Assembly: GCA_037381445.1 (NCBI GenBank)
Contig: JARRQT010000009.1
Location: forward strand, 1 to 32,520
Length of the DNA stretch: 32,520 nt
DNA from: Calditrichia bacterium
GTDB lineage: Bacteria > Calditrichota > Calditrichia > RBG-13-44-9
Reading direction: 5' to 3'
Shown: one piece after another, positions 9,043 to 18,771 of the stretch
Layout: each line of letters begins with the position of its first letter
Numbering within the stretch: the first letter of the stretch is position 1
Position numbers and translations under genes: made by a program
The notes under the pieces: model-generated
Databases searched by the model: none
Seen by the model: only the letters and a program-made list of their open reading frames with translations
What the model was told of the DNA's origin: nothing

Positions 9043-9058
9043 AGAAACGATTTAATGA

Positions 9059-12000
9059 CTATCGGATCAGAATGAGCTTTTTGGTCTGCCTGAATTCCCC
9101 GGCTTCTAACCTGTAGAAATAGATGCCACTGGCCATGTCCCCGGCATTCCAGCGGACCTCATGCCGGCCGGCGGGAAATTTTCCTTCTTTCAAGGTTACC
9201 ACTTCTCTCCCTGTGAGGTCATACACCTTCAGGCTCACCTGACCTGAACGGGGCGTCCAGAATCCAATAGTGGTGACCGGATTAAAGGGATTGGGGTAAT
9301 TCTGTTCCAGCACAAAATTTTGCGGCAGAAATTGATTCTCCCCTTTATCGATAGACGTGTTCCCGAGGTAAAGCGCCTGGATTTCCGGGACCGAAAGCGC
9401 GTAATTGTAAATACGGATATCATCCAGTATCCCTTTGAAATTATAATTATGGTTATCCGGCAGCACCTGTCCGATGGTCAGATTAATGTCGGCGGGAAAA
9501 ATCAGCCCCGACCATGAGGAAAAACTGTCTAGTTCCCCGTTAAGGTAGACCTCGATATCGTTCCCGTTATAAACCGCCGTGACAAAATACCAGGAGCCGA
9601 CGGACAGGATCGTTTCCGAATCCAGATCTTTGATGCCGGCGGTGGTGTTAATTGTCCAGCGCAGGCGCTTTTCCGGAATCAGCGAGATTTTCCAGCGGTT
9701 TTCCCAATTCCCGTGGGATATGGGATAGGCTTCCCGATCAAAAAAACTTCCGATATTCATCCAGAAACAGATGCTTATGGAATTCTGAAAATTCAGGCTG
9801 TCATCGTATGGGACACTGATATAGTCGTTAATCCCGTCAAAATAGTAGGCGCTGGCTGGATTGCCCTCCCGGTCGCCGGTGAGAACCGCACCATGCACAA
9901 TACCGTTATGTTCATTTCCGCTCCCGTCATTTGCGTTGCCGTCAAAGGGATACCAGGCAACCAGCGAACCGGTCTGCACATCGGAAAAATCCCGCACCTC
10001 GATGCCAATGCTGTCCGTAACCTGTCCACCTTTCCCGTCCGTGATGCTGCAGGTGATATAATAATTCCCCTCCGCTGATGGCGCCGTCCATGTTGCCACC
10101 GATCCGCTGTCCGCAAGCATCCCTGCAGAAGCCCGCCAGGCATAGCGCAGCGTATCGCCATCCGGGTCATCAGCCAGGCAGGATAAACGGGAACCGCTGC
10201 CCAAATCAAGTTTGCGCGGTCTAGCGCTCAGACTAGTGATGACTGGCTCGTGGTTTATCGCTTCCACCACTTCAACAGAAATATTCGAAGAATCCCGGCC
10301 CCCCATACCATCCTCCACAATACAGGAGATAGAATAGGACCCGGCCGTATCAGGTGCCGTCCATACAACGTTTGACCCCTCTCCCTGCAGCGCCCCTCCG
10401 GAGATATTCCATGAGAAAGTCAGGTTTGTCTGGTCTCTGTCTGACGCGGTGCAATAAATATTAAGATTCTCATTGAAAATAACCTGTTTCTTTTTTGCGC
10501 TCAGACTCTTGATCCTCGGCGGATAATTTGCAACAATCCTGCCGGAATGGAAGTCAATGACAACATCATCAACCAGGGTCTTATCCAGATCGTAGCTTAT
10601 ATTTCCTCCTGCCGGCGTCAGCACAGCGACAACCGCACCCTTTGCAGGAACAACGATTGAGGTTGCCGTGTTCGCACCGGTTTCCAAGAAAGCATTGGTC
10701 ACAGCATCATAAATATCACAGGGACCTTCGGCAATCTCCATATTTACAGTTTTCTCGGTTTCGTACGGATTATAATATAAATAAGTGGGATAGGCTGCCT
10801 GGCGGAAATAGTCCGTTTTCAATAAATCCAGCCGCAGGATCATGGGAATATTGGTGGTATCGATAATCCCCGCGAATATGCCCACATGGGAGGAGCCATA
10901 GAGCGCCAGATTAGTTTCACCCCAATTCCCACGGATGGCGTCGCCGGTGGCATAGGGTGTCACACTCAAATTGGAGGGATTGTACTTATGCAAAGCCTCG
11001 TGGGCAATGGCGGACCGCGGATCGTACAGATGCGACCATTCCTCACTGTCCTGATTGACATCGGGAAGATAATTGGTGTAGAAAAGACGTGCGGCAGCGG
11101 CTGCGTTCAGCATCCACTTCCCTATTGCCGCGGCAAAGCGTTCATCATAACGGACCATGGGCACCAGCGCACCGGCCTGTTCGAAGGTGTTCATGATGAA
11201 TGCATAATCATTACTGCTCACCTCCCCGATCAGACCCGAACAATCGTATCCGCCCCAGTTGCCGACAATTGCCCCCCAGTCTCGCACATTTCCGGAAGTC
11301 GTAAAACACCAGTTTACCAGCTTTTCCACATTGTAGGCGGTGCCCAATTCCGCATTCATGCGGGCGGCAGCACAGGCACCATAGGGAAGCTGCAGTTCAT
11401 AGGAGGGATTGGTTGACCAGTTACTCAGAAATTCCAGGCACCATTCCGCGCCGATCCGGTACTCCGGATTCCCGGTCTCCGCAAAAGCATTGTATAACAT
11501 CCACCCAAGCGCACCGGCTGCTTCCGGCTCCCTGGGGTCGGCCGCCAGCGGTGTCATTTTCATCAGATCGAAAGCACGGTAATTCATGTAGGGGACGGCC
11601 CAGGGGGTGGTGCTTCCATTCATTTTCCGCAGAGCGGATTCCCAGCGGTCCGCCACGGAAATGAACTGCGCGGCAAAATCGCCGATGTTCGGATATAGCG
11701 AATATAGCTGGTAGAAAAACAGATTGGGCATGGTATCGTACCACCAGTCATCCCAGTTGCTGCCGGTGGGATGATTCAAATACACGCCCGCGCCATTGGC
11801 TTTGTTGAAATACTCCTCGCACATCAGCACCCAGTTGTAACCGTTTTGAATGCTTTTATCGATCCCGGCCAGGCTGGCGCTGATAACCGCCGGCAGGACA
11901 TTTATCGCTTCCGATGATTCGAGCGCGTTTGTCCCAACCACGGTATGCAGACCAAAGCTATTATGACCGGGATAATTTACGGGATGATAATTGAGCCAGA

Positions 12001-12229
12001 TCAACGGCAGGTAATCACCTGTCCGGTTTAAGTCAAAAACCAGGCTGTCATAATCCAGTGCCACCCGACGCCAGTCACGCATTATGTAACGATTTGAATC
12101 CGGCATATCGGGCATGAGATCAATCCGGGGAATATTGACCTGTTGAGAGAACAACAAAATGGCTGACAGGTGAAAGAACACCAACATCACCGTGCAGCTA
12201 AGTTTCAGAGAAGAACCTTGGATTTTCAT
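9059..12229 (-). CDS. T9SS-secreted multidomain protein: uncharacterised N-terminal putative catalytic domain, two Ig/PKD-like repeats, LamG-like jellyroll and type A C-terminal sorting domain
   Basis: Signal peptide from ATG 12229. LamG motifs LVAWYPFDGNAND...FDGINDYI...WYFVTAVY...YLNG...FKGILDDIRIYNYALS. CTD QNYPNPFNP...SGIYFYRL...KKLILIR. Confidence 0.85.
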   Translation of the reverse strand: MKIQGSSLKLSCTVMLVFFHLSAILLFSQQVNIPRIDLMPDMPDSNRYIMRDWRRVALDYDSLVFDLNRTGDYLPLIWLNYHPVNYPGHNSFGLHTVVGTNALESSEAINVLPAVISASLAGIDKSIQNGYNWVLMCEEYFNKANGAGVYLNHPTGSNWDDWWYDTMPNLFFYQLYSLYPNIGDFAAQFISVADRWESALRKMNGSTTPWAVPYMNYRAFDLMKMTPLAADPREPEAAGALGWMLYNAFAETGNPEYRIGAEWCLEFLSNWSTNPSYELQLPYGACAAARMNAELGTAYNVEKLVNWCFTTSGNVRDWGAIVGNWGGYDCSGLIGEVSSNDYAFIMNTFEQAGALVPMVRYDERFAAAIGKWMLNAAAAARLFYTNYLPDVNQDSEEWSHLYDPRSAIAHEALHKYNPSNLSVTPYATGDAIRGNWGETNLALYGSSHVGIFAGIIDTTNIPMILRLDLLKTDYFRQAAYPTYLYYNPYETEKTVNMEIAEGPCDIYDAVTNAFLETGANTATSIVVPAKGAVVAVLTPAGGNISYDLDKTLVDDVVIDFHSGRIVANYPPRIKSLSAKKKQVIFNENLNIYCTASDRDQTNLTFSWNISGGALQGEGSNVVWTAPDTAGSYSISCIVEDGMGGRDSSNISVEVVEAINHEPVITSLSARPRKLDLGSGSRLSCLADDPDGDTLRYAWRASAGMLADSGSVATWTAPSAEGNYYITCSITDGKGGQVTDSIGIEVRDFSDVQTGSLVAWYPFDGNANDGSGNEHNGIVHGAVLTGDREGNPASAYYFDGINDYISVPYDDSLNFQNSISICFWMNIGSFFDREAYPISHGNWENRWKISLIPEKRLRWTINTTAGIKDLDSETILSVGSWYFVTAVYNGNDIEVYLNGELDSFSSWSGLIFPADINLTIGQVLPDNHNYNFKGILDDIRIYNYALSVPEIQALYLGNTSIDKGENQFLPQNFVLEQNYPNPFNPVTTIGFWTPRSGQVSLKVYDLTGREVVTLKEGKFPAGRHEVRWNAGDMASGIYFYRLEAGEFRQTKKLILIR
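9983..10528 (-). repeat. Tandem duplication of a 91-aa Ig/PKD-like domain within the secreted protein
   Basis: NYPPRIKSLSA..CTASDRD..FSW..SGG.L...WTAP..AGSYSISC.VEDGMGG aligns with NHEPVITSLSA..CLADDPD..YAW..SAG.L...WTAP..EGNYYITC.ITDGKGG, at a 273-nt spacing. Confidence 0.8.
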
Positions 12230-12324
12230 AAATGACTCTTTCGTTTGCTGGTTTAACAATCGATGCGTCAACTATTCATGGAATAACACACTGCCCCTAA
12301 TTGGGACTTTATCACACAGGCATT

Positions 12325-14904
12325 CTAGAATTCGATACGAAGCTTCTCTGCAGGGCTTTGGTGGAGAAAATCAATTTTTGTTCTAAATAGATCACCGCTT
12401 TTCGCGGCCTCCCAACTGGTAATATGCTGACCATCAAGAGAAACGGCCTTCGGTTTTTCCTGGGATATAACAGTCGTTGCATTCTGGTGGCCGATAAAAG
12501 CCTTCAGATTCGCATCCAAATACTTCCTCTCATTTTGATACCGGGCTGAAACCAGGATGGAATTTGTTGCTTCCACCCGCGGAATGCCGGATTTGCCGAG
12601 CGTCACCTCAATCTCCTGCAAATTCTTGAGGTCAGCCGGCAGCACTAAGGAGGGATACAACTCGCCGTCGTATTTTACTGATTGAACACGCTGTCCCTCG
12701 CCGCTTATCCGAACCATGGGCAGAGACCCATTGAGTGCCAGATTAAAACCGCAATTCTCCTGCTTTGGGGGAACAAAGGGAGCCAGACGGATATTCCATT
12801 CATTTTCACCGATTCCGATCAGGTGATACAAGGTATACAGATACCAGGCGCCCGCCCACAGAAACTGAGGCTTGTCCACGGTGCCGTAGATTTCCGGAAT
12901 CCGGCTGTTTGCATTTCTCACCTCGTACATGGCAGGCTGCCCATTTGGCCCCTTCATAATTCCTTCCAGAGTCATAATATTCCTGATAAAATTCCATGCC
13001 TCATCCCTGTGCCCGGCGGCAATTAAAGCCAGCGCATACCAGGCGTTGCCCTGCGGCCAGACTCCGCCATTGAGATAGAAGAATGGAGCCCCTTCCTCGT
13101 GATCCGTGAAATTCAGGTAATTCTCCAGTTCACTGAAGTCCATGGGAAAGGCGCAATAGATGCCGACGGATGGGTCCAGCAATTTGCTTTTTGCAGTCCG
13201 GACCAGCATGTTGACGCGCTGCGGGGACAGAAGATGGTAGTGTGCGGCCAGCAGAGAACCGATATAATAATGGGTATCCATTTCCCCGTCCTGGTAATAG
13301 TTGATCAGATACCCGAGGTTCTCATCCCATAGCCGGGCGGCGAGTGCCTGCTGCATCTCCTCCGCGCTGGTTTCCAGTTCCGCCAGCCGACCAGTATTCT
13401 GTTCCAGCGCCGATGAAATATATAGATACTCCCGGATGGCTTTGATTGCCAGAATAGTCATATAAGCCCGCGGCCCGTAATTTTTGCCGATATCCCACCA
13501 ATCCGGCCGGTAAGAGTACATAAGAGCATCCTCTCCTCTGGTTTGCAGGGCGCGATCCAGGCATTTTGTGATATAGGGATACAGCACCTTGAGAAGCGTG
13601 GAATCGGCCGTATGGCGCAGATAGCTGCCGGACACCAGTATAAACCAGAAATTATTCCAGTTATCCGCCCCCGCATATTCCGTGACATAACGATCATCTT
13701 TCCAGTAATAGGCATGAGGTATGATGGAATCGGTGCTGGCGCGGCTCACAATAAATTCTAAGTCTCTTTTCACGCGTTCGGGTTCAAAGTTGACGGCCGC
13801 CAGATCGGTCACCAGAACATCGTGGGTAAAAAAGAAGTTATATTCCGCCGGACACGGCATGGGCACAATTTCACCATCGATATAGTGCGCATTCGCCGCC
13901 AGGATGGCTTTCGCCCAATGCACGGAGTGATCAACGGAACGATCACCGGTGGTTAATTTACTGCTTTCAAAGGCTTTTTTTCCGACCGAATTCTCATATC
14001 CCTCTATCTCCCTTTCGTAATTTTTGAGCAGATAGCCGGTTATTTCTTCCCCTTCTTCTGCCCGGCAGGAACCGATGATTTGGGTAATGGTCATTTTTTC
14101 CGAAGGACTGAGCTGTCTGCGGTAGAGAAAATGCGCAGCGGGATTCCCCGGATTGATCCGGGAGAGAACCTTTGCCGGCTCTTCCGGGATATTATTCCAC
14201 CAGTCCTTCTGATGCAGCGCTTTTTTGTCCAGCGAACCAATGCCATAATAAAGTGCCGGTTTTTCTCCCGCGTTGGCTACAAATACCTGGACGAACTGTG
14301 TCTCGGCGTCGTCAAAATTGGTGTAAAGTACTGAACCATCTTTATCATAGACTGTCCATGCCAGGTCTTTCGCGCGATATGAATGGGAAGTTTTCAGGCT
14401 GGTTGCCAGATGGGTATCAAATTCAAAAACGGCAGGCTGTGAGTCCCGGTTTGTCAATTCATATTTGATCACCATTGCCGGTTTGGTTTCACAAAAACGA
14501 TAGGAAACCGAAATGGATTTCAGGGAGTCCTTCTGGTGGAATTCCACTGAATAAGGAGTCAGATCGAACTCCGCGGGCTGCAGTCCCAGCCATTCCTTGG
14601 GATGCTGCCCGATCTTTAATCCCATCATCATCACAAAAGAGGTGTCCCGCTTCCAGAAATCAGTGCTGAGGTCGATGCTGTTGGCCACCGGATAATAAAA
14701 GCTGATCCGCTGGGGAAGCATGGAGCTGTGATGCATTTCTACGCCCGCATAAGGCCCTCCGACCTCAATTTCTGCATCGCCGTTATAGCGGACTTTCAGA
14801 GAATCTTGCAGCGGGGCCGACTGCTGCGGTACGGTGCACAGCAGGCATAAACTGGCTGACAGAAGGAAGAGGAGAAAAGCCACGGGTTTAAAATGTTTAA
14901 TCAT
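12325..14904 (-). CDS. Secreted (possibly lipid-anchored) six-hairpin glycosidase-like protein, family unassigned
   Basis: Signal peptide ending ...SLCLLC. (alpha/alpha)6-type motifs FFTHDVL, PDWWD, LWDE..GY, YLNGGVWP and QFLWAGAWY recall glycogen-debranching/GH63/GH94-like barrels. Confidence 0.65.
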   Translation of the reverse strand: MIKHFKPVAFLLFLLSASLCLLCTVPQQSAPLQDSLKVRYNGDAEIEVGGPYAGVEMHHSSMLPQRISFYYPVANSIDLSTDFWKRDTSFVMMMGLKIGQHPKEWLGLQPAEFDLTPYSVEFHQKDSLKSISVSYRFCETKPAMVIKYELTNRDSQPAVFEFDTHLATSLKTSHSYRAKDLAWTVYDKDGSVLYTNFDDAETQFVQVFVANAGEKPALYYGIGSLDKKALHQKDWWNNIPEEPAKVLSRINPGNPAAHFLYRRQLSPSEKMTITQIIGSCRAEEGEEITGYLLKNYEREIEGYENSVGKKAFESSKLTTGDRSVDHSVHWAKAILAANAHYIDGEIVPMPCPAEYNFFFTHDVLVTDLAAVNFEPERVKRDLEFIVSRASTDSIIPHAYYWKDDRYVTEYAGADNWNNFWFILVSGSYLRHTADSTLLKVLYPYITKCLDRALQTRGEDALMYSYRPDWWDIGKNYGPRAYMTILAIKAIREYLYISSALEQNTGRLAELETSAEEMQQALAARLWDENLGYLINYYQDGEMDTHYYIGSLLAAHYHLLSPQRVNMLVRTAKSKLLDPSVGIYCAFPMDFSELENYLNFTDHEEGAPFFYLNGGVWPQGNAWYALALIAAGHRDEAWNFIRNIMTLEGIMKGPNGQPAMYEVRNANSRIPEIYGTVDKPQFLWAGAWYLYTLYHLIGIGENEWNIRLAPFVPPKQENCGFNLALNGSLPMVRISGEGQRVQSVKYDGELYPSLVLPADLKNLQEIEVTLGKSGIPRVEATNSILVSARYQNERKYLDANLKAFIGHQNATTVISQEKPKAVSLDGQHITSWEAAKSGDLFRTKIDFLHQSPAEKLRIEF

Positions 14905-15064
14905 CTCACTTTTTCCTCTCTGGTAATTTTTAGTCGTTAGTATTCCTCCGGATTATCAACCTCACCACTTACAATAGACCTGAGACATCTAAAAATCAGC
15001 GGAGGAGATCCCAGCTATCTTCGATGATGACTTCTTTGCCGGGACATCCTTCTCTTTGGGATAT

Positions 15065-17530
15065 CTATTCCGGTTTCTGCAGGAACCGGTTGAGCGTAAA
15101 AATTTTGATATCCTGCAGATTGATCTGGTCTGAATGCCTTCCCTTGAATTCAACATATCTTCCTTCTCCGGGAAGCAGAAAAAATCCCCGGTCGGAAAAA
15201 GTAAAATCCTCGTATTCCAGGTCCACAAAGCAGGCCAGTTTGTCAGCGGACAGCACAAGCTGCTGTTTCTCAGCCTCGTCGCTGACTTCGAGCCGGATTT
15301 CGGGATCGGGCATCCGAAAGTATTTCCAGCGGGCCTCCGGATAAAAATTTCGCTGCAGACGCTGGTTATTCTGATCAAATAGCGTGACGATCAATATCCG
15401 GTCGTGCTGCGACCGGAGTTCCCTTTCAGGAAAAGTGTAAATCCCGGAATTTTGCCCGCCTTTCAGACAAAATGGCAGCCGACGGCCGGACAGCGCCACG
15501 CCTTCCCCGGCGCTGAACAGGTCAATCTGCAGGCTCCCCTCAAATTTTCCCGGCGCCTCGTTCCTCAATTCAATAACAAAATCACCCTCCCTCTGCAGAA
15601 AATGGATGAAGGGATCGGAGAAAGCACTCTTCACAAAAAAATAACTGATTTTGGGCGACAATTCGGAATCGATCAGGGACCAGCTGGTCACCGGCCAGCA
15701 GTCATTGAGCTGCCACACCAGGGCGCCCCAGGTATTTGGACAAAACCCCCGCCAGTGCTCCAGGCAGGTTTTCAGGGCCATGGCCTGGTTTAGCTGGGTG
15801 AGATAGATGAAATCTTCCCATGCAGCGCTCACCGGCAGGTGACCCGCCAGATAACGGAAAAGCCGTTCATTCCCTTCCGCCTGTTTATTGTGAAATTCAA
15901 ACAGCGCGCTTTGCGGAGAACAGGCGTTTTCGGGAACGGCTTTTTCCAGCGTTTGGCGGTTGGCGGGTCCCTGAAAACCAAATTCCGTAACGAAAAGACT
16001 TCGGTCCTCTTTCACCTCAGCGTAATCGACCCATTTGCTCCAGAGATTCCACTGATGCCGGTTTCCCGAATCCGGCGAGCCGGGATCGTCATCCTTACCA
16101 AACGGAGAACTTGGCCAATAGGGTCTCAGAGGATCCAGCCGCTTTAAAATTTCAGGAATATGCTGATGGTAAATAGCGAAACCCGGCATTTCATCCACCG
16201 GCCTCTTCTGCTCCTGGTACCAGATCCATTCATTTTCATTATTGCCGCACCACAGCGCAATGCAGGGGTGATACTGAAGCCGCTGCGTGTTTTGGCGTAT
16301 CTCTTCGCGCACATTTTCCAGAAATTCTTCATGTTCCGGGTAGGCGGCGCAGGCAAACATGAAATCCTGCCAGACCAGCAGACCCAGTTCGTCGCATGTT
16401 TCATAGAACAGGTCGTTTTCGTAAATTCCCCCGCCCCACAGACGGATCATATTCATATTGGCGACCTTCGCCGCTTTTAATAGCGAATTGTATTTCTCCG
16501 GCGTTATGCGAGGCAGGAAAGAATCGGCGGGAATCCAGTTTGCGCCTTTCATAAAAATGGGCTTTCCGTTGATAATAAAACGGAAAACAGGCTTCTCCCT
16601 TTCCACTGTCTGCAGCGCGATAGTCCGGATGCCCACCTGCTTTTCCCATTCATCCAGTAAATTATGATTTTCGTCCCGCAGCTCAACCCTGAGGCGGTAG
16701 AGATGCGGCTCCCCCTCGCCATTCGGCCACCACAGCTCCGGATCAGGAATATCGAATATCTGTTCGATCGAGGTACTCACCTGCAAGTCCGATTCCCTGT
16801 GAATTTCATGTTTCCCGTCATGAAGCTTGATGAATAGCCTGTCTTTTTCTGCGACGCTGCCAGCGCATTCCACCTGAACCATTACCGCGGCTGAATCTTC
16901 GGAGAGTGAAGCGGTGTGAAAGCGGACATTTTCAATGCGAAGCCTCTCGGGCTGCCGCAGGTAAACCGGACGCCAGATTCCCATCGTCGGGAAGGAAGGT
17001 CCCCAATCCCAGCCGAAAGAATACTGGGCCTTCCGGAGATAAACGCGGCCCGATTGGAGCGCGACTGGCAGGCGTCCGTATTTTTCCTCCTGCTGCCGTC
17101 CGAATGCGGTGGGTGATATAAATTTTATCCGCAATTGATTTCCGCTTTTTTTCAATACCTCCTGCACCGCGAAATGCCAGGTCCGGAACATGTTATCGCA
17201 GCGGCCGATCAGTTTCCCGTTCAGGAAAATCTCCGCAATGGTATCCAATCCTTCAAAAACAAGTTCAACCGGAGAATCGTATGAAAATTCGTCCGGGAAA
17301 TCGAACACCGTTTCGTAGATCCAGTCCAGTTCATGAATCCATTGCAATGCGGTCTCATTGGCGCCGTAAAAGGGATCGGGAATGAGTTTTGCGCGGAGCA
17401 GGTCGGTATGGACGGTTCCCGGTACTTCAGCGTGTAATCCAGCGGCCGGAAACTTCAGCTCACCGGGCAGGCTGCGTTTAGAACCCAGTTTCACTATCCA
17501 GTTATCGTGAAGCGGAAATTTTCTTATCAT
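15065..17530 (-). CDS. Glycoside hydrolase family 2 beta-mannosidase (no signal peptide seen)
   Basis: VPGTVHTDL, FEGLDT, RKAQYSFGWDWGP, KGANWIP, NMIRLWGGGIYE, WCGNNE (acid/base), FVTEFG (nucleophile) and WQLNDCWPVTSWS are the GH2 beta-mannosidase signature. Confidence 0.93.
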   Translation of the reverse strand: MIRKFPLHDNWIVKLGSKRSLPGELKFPAAGLHAEVPGTVHTDLLRAKLIPDPFYGANETALQWIHELDWIYETVFDFPDEFSYDSPVELVFEGLDTIAEIFLNGKLIGRCDNMFRTWHFAVQEVLKKSGNQLRIKFISPTAFGRQQEEKYGRLPVALQSGRVYLRKAQYSFGWDWGPSFPTMGIWRPVYLRQPERLRIENVRFHTASLSEDSAAVMVQVECAGSVAEKDRLFIKLHDGKHEIHRESDLQVSTSIEQIFDIPDPELWWPNGEGEPHLYRLRVELRDENHNLLDEWEKQVGIRTIALQTVEREKPVFRFIINGKPIFMKGANWIPADSFLPRITPEKYNSLLKAAKVANMNMIRLWGGGIYENDLFYETCDELGLLVWQDFMFACAAYPEHEEFLENVREEIRQNTQRLQYHPCIALWCGNNENEWIWYQEQKRPVDEMPGFAIYHQHIPEILKRLDPLRPYWPSSPFGKDDDPGSPDSGNRHQWNLWSKWVDYAEVKEDRSLFVTEFGFQGPANRQTLEKAVPENACSPQSALFEFHNKQAEGNERLFRYLAGHLPVSAAWEDFIYLTQLNQAMALKTCLEHWRGFCPNTWGALVWQLNDCWPVTSWSLIDSELSPKISYFFVKSAFSDPFIHFLQREGDFVIELRNEAPGKFEGSLQIDLFSAGEGVALSGRRLPFCLKGGQNSGIYTFPERELRSQHDRILIVTLFDQNNQRLQRNFYPEARWKYFRMPDPEIRLEVSDEAEKQQLVLSADKLACFVDLEYEDFTFSDRGFFLLPGEGRYVEFKGRHSDQINLQDIKIFTLNRFLQKPE

Positions 17531-17645
17531 TGAAGTAAGGCCCTGGTTGAATGATGATTTCAAATCGTTTATTGCGTGTTTTCACCGAAGTGCCGGAAAT
17601 CAGACGGGCGGGGGGATTTATTCTAAGGCAGCAGAGATGGTCACA

Positions 17646-17670
17646 AAAATTCCCGGAGCACCGGAATTTT
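17646..17670 (-). terminator. Possible intrinsic terminator after the GH130 gene
   Basis: Minus strand AAAATTCCGG-tgct-CCGGGAATTTTT, with one bulged base. Confidence 0.4.
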
Positions 17671-17796
17671 AATCACGTGTATATTTGAATTAAAGACTGA
17701 CTTCCTCTGTGAAAAGCAAATTCATTAAAATTGAACCGGCACCTTCAAAATGATGCAATCAAGCTGTTCCATGCATTGCCAAACAGAATCCGCAAT

Positions 17797-18729
17797 TTAA
17801 TCGACTCTGTTTTTCCAAAGGGCGTCGATCAGCGCCGACATTTTCCCTTTCGCCAGGCCGACCACCTTATCCGCCCCGCCATAAAAAACCAGCAGTTCAT
17901 TATCGAACACCACGGCGCCTTCCGGGAATACCACATTGTTCACATCGCCAACCTTTTCATATTCCGTTTCGGGCTCGAGGATGGGATACGGAAGCCGGGC
18001 AATCACCTTATAGGGATTCTTTTCGTCCAGCAGGGCCGCCCCGGCCCGGTAGGTGATGTCGTTTGCCACCCCGTGATAAAGCAGGAGCCAGCCGGCGTCG
18101 GTCAGAATGGGAGTGGGCCCGGCGCCTATCTTGACCGCCTCCCACTCAAATTCTCTGCGCATGACGGTATATTTTTCCAGATTCTCCAGATGGGAAAGCC
18201 AATATTTATCCCCGGGGTGAAGCAAATGATCAATGTCATCAAAAAGGGCCAGCTGGATATTGGGTTCAATGCGGTGCAAAAAGCCGATTTTCCCGTTAAT
18301 CTTTTCCGGAAAAATCATGGCGTCCTTGTCGTTGGTGTCCGGCCCGACCTGCCCCAGTTTTCTGAAGGATTTAAAATCCGCAGTTTCCGCCATCACAATC
18401 CGGACTTTTGTGCCATCATACCCGGTGTAAAAGATGTAAAAATGATCGCCAAATTTCACAATTCGCGGATCTTCGCATCCCTGTTTCTCCAAATCCAGGA
18501 TGCGCGTGATAACCGGTTCAGGATAACGATAGATGGGGACGCCATATTTCGTCAGCCGAGCGTAGCCAATAGAAGAAACATTATTCCCTTCCACGGCCCG
18601 GTACAATAAATGAATTATTTCGTTCTGCCGCACCGCGCCGGGATTGAAAACCGCCCCGGACTCCCATCTATTTTCAGGAATTGGCCCCAGAATCTCATTT
18701 CTCACCCGTTTTAATTTGAATTCACCCAT
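17797..18729 (-). CDS. GH130 beta-mannoside phosphorylase (cytoplasmic, five-bladed propeller)
   Basis: AVFNPGAV, LLYRA, GCEDPRI (catalytic Asp), NDKDAMIFPEKING..HR, WE..KIGAG, LLYHGV, YE..GDV.NVVFPEG. AAGGA RBS precedes ATG 18729 (alternative start 18735). Confidence 0.92.
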   Translation of the reverse strand: MGEFKLKRVRNEILGPIPENRWESGAVFNPGAVRQNEIIHLLYRAVEGNNVSSIGYARLTKYGVPIYRYPEPVITRILDLEKQGCEDPRIVKFGDHFYIFYTGYDGTKVRIVMAETADFKSFRKLGQVGPDTNDKDAMIFPEKINGKIGFLHRIEPNIQLALFDDIDHLLHPGDKYWLSHLENLEKYTVMRREFEWEAVKIGAGPTPILTDAGWLLLYHGVANDITYRAGAALLDEKNPYKVIARLPYPILEPETEYEKVGDVNNVVFPEGAVVFDNELLVFYGGADKVVGLAKGKMSALIDALWKNRVD

Positions 18730-18771
18730 ATCCATCCTTTCTGCTTATTTTCCTTGGCCCCAGATTTTCGT

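Noticed and set aside
8749..9058. Cobalamin riboswitch upstream of the BtuB-like receptor
   Set aside because: The conserved GGGAA...CCCGC(A/C)ACTGT and B12-box elements could not be found on the minus strand.
17731..18609. 292-aa plus-strand ORF, and similar long antisense ORFs (5120-5794, 18754-19443, 27897-28574, 28584-29225, 30260-31150)
   Set aside because: They lie largely or entirely antisense to well-supported genes and show no recognisable motifs, consistent with codon-bias shadows.
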